A stretch of 64,000 bases of DNA, from positions 238,959-302,958 of the forward strand of contig FLMG01001010.1 of the NCBI GenBank assembly GCA_900088475.1, in the 5' to 3' direction. Of this stretch, positions 27,901 to 40,173 are shown piece after piece (positions within the stretch are counted from its first letter, which is position 1; the number at the start of each line of letters is the position of its first letter). Below the pieces are notes generated by a model that was not told the DNA's origin, did no database searches, and saw only the letters and a list, made by a program, of their open reading frames with translations. Both the position numbers and the translations under genes were made by a program. The DNA comes from Hyphochytrium catenoides (lineage: Eukaryota; Protista; Hyphochytriomycota).

Positions 27901-29727
27901 CTTTAGTGGCCTCGTCCGTAGCTTTTCAGCAGGAGTCTACAACCTCTTTGCTCTTCCGTTCGAGCGAATAAGGGAAGAAGGCTTCCACCTCAGCTATTTA
28001 TTTACGGGAGTAGGCCAAGGGCTCTCCGCTTTTGCATGGTAGCTCTCTTAACCTTGGTTTGATGTCTTTATACGCTGCCAACTTCCGGACAGCAATATGC
28101 GGACGAGCTAAGCTTTCTAACTGCTTATGTGGCTCAGCAGTGTTTACTACTCAGCTAACCTCCGCTATTGCACTCTCTTCTGTGGATGCAGGTACACTTC
28201 CGAGGGCGCCCTCACCTCCTTAGCTGGCTTCTCGGCGAGCGTAGCAAATAACCTACACCGCCTCTCGCTGGGTTCAGACGACCAATTAACGCTTTCGCGA
28301 GCTAGCCAGCCTCGCCGGTTCACGGAAGGGCTGTCACAAGGAGTCCAGGTGCTGCGGCTGCTCGTGCTAATACTACACTACTCTTACGTTTCAAACACCT
28401 GCTATGGCTGGAGTTCCGGTTATGCATTGGCTTCATCTGCTCTTATCGTGCTGCTACTCCATTGAATATTGGGGCTATCCCTTACCAGACGCCATGCGCT
28501 TTGTAGTCTCTCGGTAACTCTGTACTAGACGCAGCCTCTGGTGTCATCCTTGATCCGCTGGAGGCTTATCAGGCAAACAAAGGAATATTGAAAGGTAGGA
28601 GCCACGCATTCAACAGCCACGTATTCAACAGCCACGCGTACCAAGGATAGCTTACAAGGAACCCCTCTAACTTTGAGCTTGTCATGCCTTTTAATGAAAC
28701 CATATTCAGGTCTTGGCAAAGGCCTTCTAGGAGTCATCACCAAACCTGTTGGTGGAGTGGCTGCACTGGTTTCTCATACTTCTCAGGGTATAATCAACAG
28801 CACAGGAATAGGAGAGGTCCCAACACCTACAAGACCAATGCAATTTCTGGCTTTCGAAGTACGTGCCCTTCTATGTAGAAAGACAAAGCGGTTTGCTTTT
28901 CTCTGGACTAGCAAAAGTGGAACAAACTGAGCTTTGCAGTAGCCCAACAAGATTCGGAAGTAGTTTGATGGCGATTCCTATCTGTCGCGTTTTTTCCAGT
29001 TGCTTTTTCCTGGTCTTCAATACCCGCTGGCTAATGACGTCCTTTCCTAACGACACGGTAATGCCGTAGGTGCAACGCCAACTGCTAAGTGAGGTTAAAC
29101 TCTTTGAAGATGATTATATACTCCTCTACCTAGACGGCCAGATAATGGCACACCCTGATCTGGGGCGAGAGTTTGACAGAAAAGAAGATACAGATGCATT
29201 GAAGGGGTGCTGTGAATTGCAGGGAGAAGGCAGCATTAGAAGCCTCCCTGCTGGTACTCTAGTTACGCTGGCCCTAAGACCGCGTTGTCTAGTAATCCTC
29301 GAGAAATCAACCGGGAGCTATGTCGAGACCCCAGTCCAAGAGATCCCTGTCACTGCCATAACGGACGTAGGGCCGCTTTCTTCTCTATCCCTCTCTCCCC
29401 CGCCAAGCGTCAGAGTTTGCACTTATCAGTTCTCCTCATGCATGTTAAGAGAAGACTAGAACATTCTAACTCCTGCTATACTTCTCTGAAATCAGCCGAT
29501 CGTCTTTGTCTTTATCCTCGTGGCCTGCCCACTTGGCTTATACACTGCTACTTTTCATTCTGTAGGTTGGGCGGGTACCCGGAAGGCCCAATGCCCTTCG
29601 GATCGACTTCATACCTCAACATCAACCCAGCCAAGAGGAAAGTAGGGACAGCCTAGTCGTGGAAATGGATAGTCATGACATTACGTCCATGATTCAGATG
29701 TTCAGGAGCCTTAAGGAGGCGAAGTAA
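6960..29727 (+). CDS. VPS13B: VPS13B-like bridge lipid-transfer protein (many exons; internal exon structure only partly resolved; two N-gaps)
   Basis: The N-terminus is chorein-like (ILSKYIENIKLDSLGVFGELVLNNLELKRDVL...FDITRGFLRELKILIPW), followed by VPS13B-type NLVFKYEQEDIVLSL and KVAELKDLSIFLDR. The C-terminus has AVVGSLELLGNPT, TSEGALTSLAGFSASVANNLHRLSL and ATG2_C-like GLGKGLLGVITKPVGGVAALVSHTSQGI. ATG 6960 (tagcaccATG), stop TAA 29725-29727. That the middle exons belong to one gene is inferred from continuous same-strand exon-like ORFs. Confidence 0.85.
15001..15056. other. Assembly gap (N run)
   Basis: Run of n. Confidence 1.
15976..16042. other. Assembly gap (N run)
   Basis: Run of n. 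Confidence 1.
28600..28637. repeat. 15-bp tandem minisatellite (about 2.5 copies) in a VPS13B intron
   Basis: agccacgcattcaac agccacgtattcaac agccacgc, immediately after a GT donor. Confidence 0.8.
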
Positions 29728-30083
29728 AAGTGCCATTAGCGAGTAGTGGATCCTACCATAAACAGTCCATTCGGTCCCAATGTCATACATATAAGTTATA
29801 ACGACGTGATCTCAATGGAACTTCTTTTCCCTTGAATCATAGGTTTCACTAACCATCCTGTTGGCGCTGACGTGATGCAGCTGTTACCTGGCATAGCTGT
29901 GCCGTAAGGAAAATCTTCTCTCGTCCGCACTTTGGGACGTCACAGCCGCTCTAAGAGGTTAAAGACTATATGCCCCGCCGTAGTTCAGTCCTCGGAGGTC
30001 ACCATTCCTCCCTTCTAACTGCAGGTCTAGAGTCCCCATAAATAGTTGAATGCAGGTTCACTTGTTAACGTTGGCGTGGCATA

Positions 30084-31777
30084 CTAGTCTGTGGGATCCT
30101 TGCTATTGTCTGAACCTCTGTTAGCCATGGCCAGGGCTGTATACTTCATTCCTGACGAACCGAGCTTCTTCTTCCTGTCCGCAGCCTCAAGTTGCCGCAT
30201 CTTGATGTCTGCTTGGCGCTGGATCCAGTATTTCTAAGCAAGAAAAAAGGGATGCATTGAGTTTCTACGGAAAGGAGAATAGAGGGCTAGACTTTCGTAA
30301 AAGTTTCTAGACTCTTTTTATTGAAAGGTAGTCTAAAGAATGAAGCAGGACGTGATCCATTGATAACCAGAGGTAGGACCGATCGAGATAAGGATTATGC
30401 CGTAGATATGAGCATCCAAACGGAAAAATCATAAAAAAAAAGTCTCACCTGCTTAGCCGCGCTCTCCTCCATCATCTTTCTTAGCGAGTGGCCACCCTGG
30501 CCTTCTCCGTCTTGGCCGCCTTCGCTACCTCTGGAGCCCTTTCCTAATTCCAGATAGTCACGCTCTGCCAAGACGACCTCACGCTACCGGTGAGGGGGAA
30601 TAGCACGTGGCATTGAATGGAAGAGAGAGCAATTCTTAGCAAGGCCGGGCTGAGATTGCTATGTAGAATGCGAGAGAGTCGAAAGTGGGAAGCTAGGACG
30701 ACAGTCCCTCTAATAATGCACGCGGCAGAGAGGTTCCGTAGCTGGCTGGTGACCGATACCCTCAAAACTAGAAGAAGGTGAAGAACATTCCCCGCTGTGG
30801 GAAGGTGGGTCCAGGGCTTAGGTAAGGGACAGGTATGGGGATCTCGACAATAGTTACATACCCAATGGTCTCTGTCCTCTTTAGTTTGCGCTTCAATCTC
30901 TAATAGTACATCTCCTTTATTAGAGATGATCTGAACACCTCGGTCTGTACTCAGCTTCAACTCCTTAATATCAACGAACGATATGTTTCCGTCTTTGGTA
31001 GAGCCCTTTGGTCGCCAGGTCAGACTGAAGAGACAGTCACGGGAAAAGACCCGATGCGGTGAGTTTACAAGGATTTGGCACGGAAGACTAGGTAGCCAAC
31101 GAAATATGTTCAGATAGTGCGCTGCAGGCGATGGAAGGGGTGCGTATGATAGTACTTGTAGAGGGCACGCCGGAGGAAAAGGAGAGCAGAAGCAAGAGAT
31201 GGACCCTCGACGCAGCCTCAATGAAACATAGATCTCAACAACTGAGAAAGGGAAGGTAGGAGAGAGCTGTTAGGCTGACTTAGCCGATAGTGGCCGGATA
31301 TCCTCACAGAGGGGGACAGAGTTTAAGGCCAGAAGACAACGGTTTTGGCTTACCCTTCTTCTGTTGCGTTTAGGAAGATTCTGATTGTCTCCGAGCCCGT
31401 GCCAAAGCCAAAGGTGAATTTCTTTCGCTCAAACTCAAGACCTAAAGAGCACACAGCTCCTGAGTGTTCCACACTCTCTCTGTCACCCTGCTCCTCCTTT
31501 ATTGTTTCTGGTGATCTTATAGCGTCGTTATCACTTCGCGTGTCTTTTCACTGTCATTGTTGCTGAGCCTGATGTACGTCCTTTGCCCTAATTCAGCCTA
31601 TTCTCTTGTCCTAGTTTTTCCCCTTAGTAAACGAGATCGACTTTCTGCATCGATCGCCTTACCTTGCCGCAGGTAATCCAGCCGCTCATTGCGGAGTCTG
31701 TCCTCTTTGACAGTCTGCATCAGAGGCATGGATTTCAGAAGAGGCAGCTCCGATAGACACTCGCAGACGTTGCCCAT
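30084..31777 (-). CDS. Small PH-like-domain protein with N-terminal myristoylation/palmitoylation motif, ~216 aa
   Basis: Exons 31777-31663, 31441-31354, 31024-30862, 30583-30449 and 30233-30084, all phase-compatible. Starts MGNVCECL. PH-like core IRIFLNATEEGLTWR...GNISFVDIKELK...LLEIEAQTKEDRDHW. Helical tail ending KKKLGSSGMKYTALAMANRG. Confidence 0.8.
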
Positions 31778-32619
31778 GACTACTGGACTTCTACTCTCTC
31801 CTTTTTTATCTCAGTCAGCTATGGAGACATGTCATGGCTTTGCTGAACCTTTCGGGCACTTAACGCAGTGGCATGGGGATGCGGTACTTAACACCGTGGC
31901 ATGAGGAGGATGCCTGTAATAGACTGCGACACTGCCATTTGCTCTCTTACATAGCTTGGGCTAGATTGTACGCTGCAGTGAAGAGGCAATGCGGACAGAG
32001 ACTCGTTGACGATGCCGCCAGACTAGGAAGTCTTACTCATACCGAGGGAACGATGCGGTCAGAAGCTGGTGTTAATTATGCTGGTTCATTATAATGTTTT
32101 GAAGTAACTCTTCTTTGGCTTTTGCAGGCATTGTGACTTACCTGTTCTGGCCTCCTCTTCCTCGCATGTATACTTCTAGTAAGCCATGGATATCTCATAT
32201 ATCGAGGACGCTCTGTCTCCCTACAACACTGAAGTACTGTAGTCTAGGCTTCGAATACGAGACAATTGTTCCTCTCCTATCAGGAACGCAGCTTCTAGAA
32301 TACGGAATCCGTAGCCCTCATCCCTTCATATCCTGAATACAAAGGAGAGCTCGTTGGCCGCAGAGCAGAGCCTGGCTCCGATCTCTGTGAAGACCAGAAA
32401 GCGACAGATTTTTATAAATAGAGATCGCCGCTCAACTGAAAGAGCTTTGATATTTCTTCCGCTGATCGCTGCGCTCACTTACGAAGCTTTTCTTTTGGAC
32501 TCTACTTTGCTTGAAGAGTATCCCGCCTTAGCCTGTGAGCCAGCCAGATTGTGATCCAACCTATTCTAGGTCTTGCGTATACCATAGGTAAGGTGGGGAG
32601 CGAGTATCGCACTAGCACC

Positions 32620-34082
32620 ATGCAAACCCAGGATATTCCTCCCAACCAGACCATCTATGTCAACAATCTCAACCTCAAGGTCAGTACTTAATCTGAGAGA
32701 AAGGTGTCCGAAAGGTCCTAGCTTTTAGAAGCAAGGAACTGGGGCCCGAGGGTGGGGTGGCAAAGGTACTACTGAAGGGTGCGAAGTGTAGCTGAAACAG
32801 CAGTGGGGTGCTGCATAGGACTGCCTACGGGCCCATAAATAGATAAAAGAACAGTGCAGAATCTCACAGCTCCTTACTGTCGCAGATTAAGAAGGACACA
32901 TTGAAGAAGGAGCTTTACTCCCTCTTCTCTCAGTTCGGGAAGATCTTAGATGTAGTAGCGAGCAAGGCGGATGGCCTCAGAGGCCAGGCCTGGGTCGTCT
33001 TTGAAGATGTGGGAGCAGCTTCAAATGCCATGAGGATGATGCAGAGCTTTATTTTTTATGATAAACCCCTGGTAAGTGCTGTTCCTCCCGATTTTCTCTT
33101 CATGTTCGGTCGGTGGGTCATGATGGGAGCCATGTATGCTCGCATGCCGTTCGTCTCTTGCTCTTTATGCGAATCTATGGTTGCTGGTGTTAAAAAGCCC
33201 CGTTCCTACCGTAATTGTCAGCTCTACTCTTGCATTGTGCCTATCTGCCTCTCCTTCACTAGACTCCATTACCTGGACCCACTCTCTTGTCCCTTTCTAA
33301 CGGCAGGCCGTTCTCTGCAAACTCTTCGTGTTTGTTTGTGCTAACGCTCGTTTCTTGGGTCACCTATTCTCTTCTCAATTAGCGAATCCAATTCGCAAGG
33401 ACCAAGTCAGATGCAGTTGCTAAGCTTGACGGTACTTACAAGCCTAGAGAGAAAAGAAAGAGAGAGGAGAAGACTGCGACTGCAAAGAAGCAGCAGACAG
33501 CGACGGCAAGCAGAACATCAAACGCACCCCAGGAACCAGAAGTTCCGCATAACATTCTCTTCTGTGAAGATCTTCCTCCGGAGTGCAGTGACAGCATGCT
33601 CGCTATGCTCTTCCAGCAGTATCCAGGCTTCAAGGTACGGATTCATGGACAGAGTTAGGGATTCTTTCTATTTTACCTCTCTGTTCTCTCTGTCCGTTTT
33701 AGATATTCTCGTCCTTCAGCAATGAGTGTGCCTTCTATATCTAGAAGCAGTGGATATTTCATCAGGGCCATGCCTTTTGCTTTTTCCTTAAAAAAGAGGT
33801 CGTCAGTCTCCCTCTGTACCAAAGAGCTTATTTGCCTTTATCTTGGTTGACAATGCTCTCTTTACGCTGTTAAGCATCTTTTGCTTGGTATATGGCTCAC
33901 TGTGTCCTGGCCGCACCTCTTACTTCTACGCTGTCTATTAGGAAGTCCGTATGGTCCCTGGCAAGAATATGGCCTTCGTGGAGTTCGGAGACGAGATGCA
34001 GGCAGGCACTGCATTGCAATTCCTCAGAGGCTTCAAGCTCTCACCTACGGACTCTCTGAGCGTCAAGTTCGCCAAGAGATAG
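32620..34082 (+). CDS. U2 snRNP B''/U1A (SNF-family) two-RRM spliceosomal protein, ~212 aa
   Basis: Exons 32620-32679, 32886-33071, 33383-33634 and 33942-34082. [12 protein letters not shown]...[20 protein letters not shown]...RGQAWVVF...[16 protein letters not shown]; second [14 protein letters not shown]...[25 protein letters not shown]1A versus U2B'' cannot be decided from sequence alone. Confidence 0.95.
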
Positions 34083-35227
34083 ATACGGAGACAAAAGCAA
34101 GGGGACAGAGAGAGAGAGTTATCGATCCTGACGTCTTTGCTCTTTCTTCACTGAGTAGGCAAGGGTTGCTTGTGAAGCATGCTAAGATCACGATTACTAG
34201 GATGCGTCGCATCTTATATTCCCGTTCTCTGGTCTGTGGACTTCCACTTGCTGTCTTTCACTCGAGTCTCTCCCTCGTGGCCCTTGTCTCTTCTTCGATG
34301 GCTGCTTCTCTGTCCTTCTTTCCCTTCAGCCGTCCTCCTTTCCTCGCTCGCTCTAGTGTCAGATGCTCACCTTTCCTTCCTGTCGTGGATTAGGAATAAA
34401 TTCGATAAATTCCGGCCTATATAACAGATTCCTCCCTACTAATCACGGATATTGGCCCAACAACTGTCCCAATTCAAAAAAGTTGTTTCAGGAAATTATT
34501 CTGTCTTGTCATCATGAGTCTTACTTCAGCTTCTTCTTCTCTGCCTGTCTGCCTGTCCTTTCGGCTTTCGGCCCTCACGTCAGGGACCCGGTCATGCTGC
34601 AGCTCTTGGAACACCTGCACCCATAACAAAGACCAGAGAGATAGGGAATGGCCTTGCTCGCTTGTCCGGTGCTTCGCTCTCCCGGCCACTAGCACCAGAC
34701 GACATTCGGTGTCTGGGGCTTGAGTTCCGGCACTGTAACACGGAGAAGACGACGTTGAAGTCGCACGGTATCCGACAGATAAAGTCCCTGCTCTCATCAA
34801 AGACTATGGGGCTTCCATAGAACGCCAAGCACCCGCCCACAGATGTAAGGCAACTCTCATCTCTGGTGGTTAGGCCTGCACTACGAGGAAGGTTGCACGC
34901 ATTGCGCGGAGACCTACATTCACCGTCGTCAACAGGAACATAGTCCCGATGGAAGAACTGCAGCCGATACGTAGTACAGCGACCATAGGCGGAGCCATTC
35001 GACCTGTGTGGCTTCTGATGACCTCCCTAGCACGCTGGAAGCCGTATCTCTCTCTCTCATCCTACTTATTCGAGCAGATCCTGGAAGCAAGAAGGCTTAT
35101 ATATGGAAGGCATGGGACAGAGCGCATTCTCTCTTTTTTGGGTGTCCTCAGGAGACTGGGAAGGAGAAATTATGGGACCAAGCTTCTGCTGTCTCTTCTC
35201 CTCCTTTTACTTCTTTTCATCGGCACC

Positions 35228-38200
35228 ATGGATAGGTTAAGGAAGAAACCGAGGTAGGCATAGAAGCATAAAATCTGAGGCCGGGGAAGGCTAATGACGG
35301 GTTAGCTCCTAGTGAATCGAGAGAGAGAGAGAGAGAGATCGAAAGAGATAGAGAGAGACGGTCATATAGAGATGGGATAATTCAAGAGAGAAGAGGACTT
35401 GACACTCCAAGGTACGAAGAGTCAAAGTGTATCGGGGACTTAGGCTACATAACTCGTGAAATTTGAGAGACACAACGTTGTAAATGTCCTTGGAAAAACT
35501 ATACCGCTTACCTCCTCTCTCGGCAGCTCATTATTGACGCAGAAGGACAAGGAGGAAAGCATGTATAGGAACAATAAAGCAAAACGTTCACCAGAAACTC
35601 AAGGTCGAGAAAAACAACGTCAAACACAACGAGATTGGAAGAGAGAGACCGAAGGCAGCGCAGAGCAAAGGGCTAAGAAGTCGCCAGACAGAGTGAGCAT
35701 TACAAGCGCTACCGTAGAGAGTGAAGAAGAGGAACTGGCTGCCAAGTATCAAAAAATGTTGCGGATCGGGCTGCCAGCTGATCTCGTTCGACATAAAATG
35801 AAGCAAGAGCAGTGCCCGCAAACCGTCATCGACCGAGTCTTTCCCCTCTCTCTTGCTATAGTGCCCCGTTCTTCATCCACCTCCGTCTCGAACCCTACCG
35901 AAGGAAGTTTAAGCGTACAAGTCCTAGCAAGCGAGCTTGGGAGCCCTCCAAGAAGCCTAGCGGACGCGGACTCATACTCTCATTTGGGAGGTTACTCCCC
36001 CTTTCTCTTCGCAAAGAAGGTGATTAGTTGGCTGATGGGCGTGCAAAGCCAGCAAAAGCCGCGGATTGAAGCGAGAGACACGGAGGCTATCGTCTGTGCT
36101 GCCTCTAAGTTCAAAGGACTGTCTGAAGCAGGAAAAGAAGGATGTCATTGTAAGACGATTGGAGACGAGAAGGCCCTTGCTGTGAAGACAGATGAACCCT
36201 CCCTATCGAAGTATATTCAGATGCAGAAGGTAATCATCATCCTCACCGTGGCCCGATATGCGGGACTGTCTGAACGTCTCTGACCTCGTTGCCTCTCTCC
36301 TTGAGGTCGGCCTTCCCATAGATGCAATCAGGCATAAGATGAGACAGGACGGTAAAGACCCCAAGCTCTTGTTCCCTGAAGAAAAAGGAGATTTGGCGCC
36401 AAGGGTAAGGAGCTTTGTCTGCTAGGTAGTCCCTCAATTGGCCCTTGTTCTGTCTTGGGTGCCCTAAGTTCACTTGATCAAGCTACAGTTCTTGGCCAAA
36501 AGCCCATTATCTTAGTTCTTCAACCTGGTTCATCTGTGATATGTCTTCTTTCTGCTCGTGAGGGTACGGATAGCCAGTCCTCTTTCCGATGTTGTACAAG
36601 GTTCACATTTCCGCATCACACAGATCCTCGTCACTCTGACACCATCAATCTCAGGTTCTTCCCAAGATACAAGTGACACCACAGCGCCATCCACTTCCTG
36701 CTAACAGAGACCTAAAGAAACCTTCCCCCGCTAAAGCATCTTCAGCTCCCACAAGATCGACGTCGACTCTCTCCTCTCCTCGGGTACCTGCTGCGAAGAA
36801 GGAAAGAGGAAGTGCAAGAAAACTTCGCTGGGCGGAGGTTCCGCGCAATGTCATCGAACAAAAGTCAACATGCTTGTGGAACAGCGGGGTTGGAGAAATG
36901 ACTCACACTCTAAACCAAAAAATAACCAAGGCATTGGAGGACCAGGAATTTCTCCGTCTATTCGTCCACCATCCTTCTCCGAAGAGAAAGAAAAGGCTGG
37001 GAGAGGAAGAACCGTCCACTACTCAAAATGGAGATAAGGAAAACAACAGGAGCAAGAAGAGGCGACAGGGTGCTTCTCTCTTGGATCGCAATCGGTCTCA
37101 TAATGTGGCCATAGGGCTTGCCCGCATCAGGCTACGGCCTGAACTTCTCAAAGAGAGTATACTGTCGATGGAACAAGAAGGGGCAGGTAGACTTTCTTCT
37201 CCTTGAGTCCGAAATATCCTCCTAATAGCAGCATCAGCTACTCACATCGCCTCTTCATCTTATTTGCATCTTTTATGTTTACATATGCCGGATTCACTTG
37301 CCGTCGTTTCCCTATCGCAAGTTCCCGCTAGTTCCGTGTATTCTATTTCTTTGCTCTACCTGCTCTCTCAGTCTAGGTGTACTGTCCCCTCCATTCGTAT
37401 GGGTTTGAGTACTAGAGACACTGACGCCTATCTTAGGGTTAACGGCCGAAAAGTTGGTCCTACTTTCCTCGCTACTGCCTACTCCTGCTGAGGAGAAGAT
37501 GCTTCAAGCGTATTCCGGCCCAAAGACAGAGTTAAACGAAGTAATGTTGATAGACGAAGGACCAGTAGGGGCAATCTCTTCAGCACTGACTTTTCTTCCC
37601 AGGCTGAACAGTTCTTCATGACACTGATGCCAGCGGCAGAGGTGCGCCGGCGCTTGAACTGCTTGATCTTCAAATGTCAGTTCAGCCAGCGAGCGGAGAG
37701 CTTACGCGAGCAGATTCAGCTATTTTCCTTGGCGTGCCACCAAATCGTGTCAAGCACAAGCTTCAGGTACCTCTCCTCCCACTTGAAATCACTATACTAT
37801 CCTTCTACAATGTTATTTGGCCTATTCCGCTTGCTCTTCTGGTTTATGCGGCAGGAGAGGTATAAGTTTGCCTTTGTGCTAGGAATACGAGCGCGCCTCC
37901 ATCGTACATCGACCAGTTCTCTGGGTTGAGCACATCTTTCTCGTCTTCGCTTTCCTTGCCACAATCTAACTCTCAGCAATGGAATTTAGGCAGTTGATGA
38001 TCATCATCCTTCACATTGGAAATCGGCTTAACAACCCTGGCACCAACGTAGTCTTGACGAGGTTTGAACTCCATACTACAACGGTCCCGACTACAGCAGG
38101 AGATAATGAATCTGCTACCCGAGGAACAGGAGTAGCCGGTTTTCGCCTTTCTTCTCTTTTGGAGCTGGGTCGCACAAAGTCTGTGGATGGAAAGATCAGT

Positions 38201-39914
38201 CTTTTACACTATCTTGTCCGGCTACTCAATGACACCAACCATACGGGCGTTCTTGCCATCCATGTGGGTAGTGATTGGTAGGGAGCGAGCGATACGGATG
38301 AGCGAGGTCGAGAGGTTTAGCTAAGAAACGAAAGAGGAGGGACGTTTTGGCGGCTAAGCATATACAGGCTGGGTTTCTAGGAGGGCGACTGGAGATCGAC
38401 AAAAGAGTGACAGCAATATAGATAACGGGATGTTGATTGGTATGTACTGAATTTACCACCCACTTTTGCCGAGTAGGAAGAGCTAGAGGCTGTTTTGAAA
38501 GTCAATCGTCTATCCATTCCCGCCGCCAGGATGGAGTTTAAGTCTCTGCAGCACGGACTGGGACTTTTTCAAGATGAGATCAAGAAGATTGAGGTCAGTA
38601 CTTGCTTTAACCTTCCATTCGCCATCGCACTCCTCCTGCCTAGCTTCTTCTCGGATATCGTTATGTCTCTATCAACCCTGGTCAAGCTCTCCCTAGCCTG
38701 CTTAACATATCATGCCTCCCTCATGTTCTACAGAGCTCTCAGAGCTTGGACGAGTTCTTCAATAGTGGTTCTTCGTCTCTCCAAGGTATCTCGAAAGCAT
38801 TGGACCGATTAGGTGTGGAGGTGGAGAGTGTCTTTGACTACTTAGGGGAAGAAAAAGGAGATTGCATTCAAGAGATCGCTACCACCATACAGACATTTCT
38901 CTTGGTAAGAGTCCTTCGGTCTTTATTACTTCCAACCCAATGTGTGGCAGCGCACTCATTGTCCTCTCGGTAGCCCTTTCTTACTTTCTTTCAATTCATT
39001 TCGTTGCTCACGGGCTGAGTTACCTCCTCTCATCAGAGCTGGGCCTCTTCGTTGCTCCCATAATACACCTTCAATCTCCTCTATATGCCTATTCCTCTTA
39101 CTTCGTTCGTTCTCCTGGGGCCTCTAATGGCGTCTGCTGACCATGGATGGCACGGTAGGACCTCAGTCGAGCAAAGAACGATGTCGCAGAGATGGATAGG
39201 AGAAGGAAAAGGCTGCTCGCGTTAAACGAGAAGGAGAAGCAGAAGTGCATCCGAACTCCACCGTTGCAATCATCCACCACCTCTTTTCCGCGACCGTCCT
39301 ACCCAAATCAACAGACCGCAGACTACGTCAGCGGCACCACAACGGAGAGAGAGAACACCAAGAAGGAAAAGCAGCCCACGAAAATCGAGATCCCCAAGAA
39401 AGTGCTGTCAGTTATTCTCTGTCCAAATGGTCAAGATGAAGAAAACAACCGGTCAGACTTACCTCGTGCATCAAAGGAGAAGAGTCAACTTTTCAAGGAA
39501 GCGGAGGAGAACAGTCAGGCCCAAACAGTTATGATCCCATCTCTCCCCGTCCTCTCAGTTCCACCAACGACCATTGAGAGAGAGACCGAAAAGGAGAACG
39601 GAGAGCGTCTAATGGGCATTCAGCCACCTGTCACACCAACCATCAATGAAGAAGGGGATATTCCTTTGACGAATATGACGAAGGAAAGTTTGCCGTTTAC
39701 GCCAAACTTTCTTCAGTCAAACTCCGTCCCGCCAACTGAAGGCACGGAGCCTGTCCCTGCCAACCAAAAGGGCAACTCGAGCTTGTCCCTAACTCTAGCC
39801 CCATCTGATCTCTCCCTCTCAGCACGGCATCGTTCTCGCAAACGTGACAAACGATGCCGTCCCAGTAAGACCTCAAAGGAGAAGCAGCAAACAATAACAA
39901 CGTCTGCGGCCTAA
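35228..39914 (+). CDS. Formin (FH2 domain) with two CCDC53-like YxKML-x-GLP motifs; 3' end uncertain
   Basis: Probable start ggcaccATGG at 35228, exon 1 to 35253, exon 2 35527-36229, exon 3 from 36306. Motifs KYQKMLRIGLPADLVRHKMKQE and KYIQMQKVGLPIDAIRHKMRQDGKDP. FH2 signatures RKLRWAEV, LLDRNRSHNVAIGL, AEQFFMTL...RRLNCLIFK, ILHIGNRLN and GFRLSSLLELGRTKSVDGKISLLHYL. The last exon may be spliced differently and extend to about 40130. Confidence 0.9.
35319..35358. repeat. (GA)n microsatellite in formin intron 1
   Basis: gagagagagagagagagaga followed by degenerate GA repeats. Confidence 0.85.
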
Positions 39915-40173
39915 GGTCCAGAACTGGTGTCGAAATCCATTGCTGTAGCTCCAGGCAGAGGATCAGGAAGTACGACGCAGTCCCGCTGCTAGGAGAGGGT
40001 AATAGAACTGGAGCAAGAGTGGAAGAAAAGAGAGAAAGGCTGGATACAAGTCGCACCATATCCGGGGCCAAGTAGAGCCCTGGACATTAAAGCAAGGTTG
40101 AGGCGAATGCGACTTTATTCAGGCCCATAATGAGTTGAAGTAGCTCATTTCCCCATCTTTCTTCCCTAATGTC

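Noticed and set aside
34949-35227. N-terminal transmembrane helix (LLLSLLLLLLLFIG) making this a plant-class-I-like membrane formin
   Set aside because: It is in frame, but the Leu run comes from a CT-rich tract and the downstream ATG 35228 has the favoured GCACC context. It is not excluded; 5' RACE would decide.
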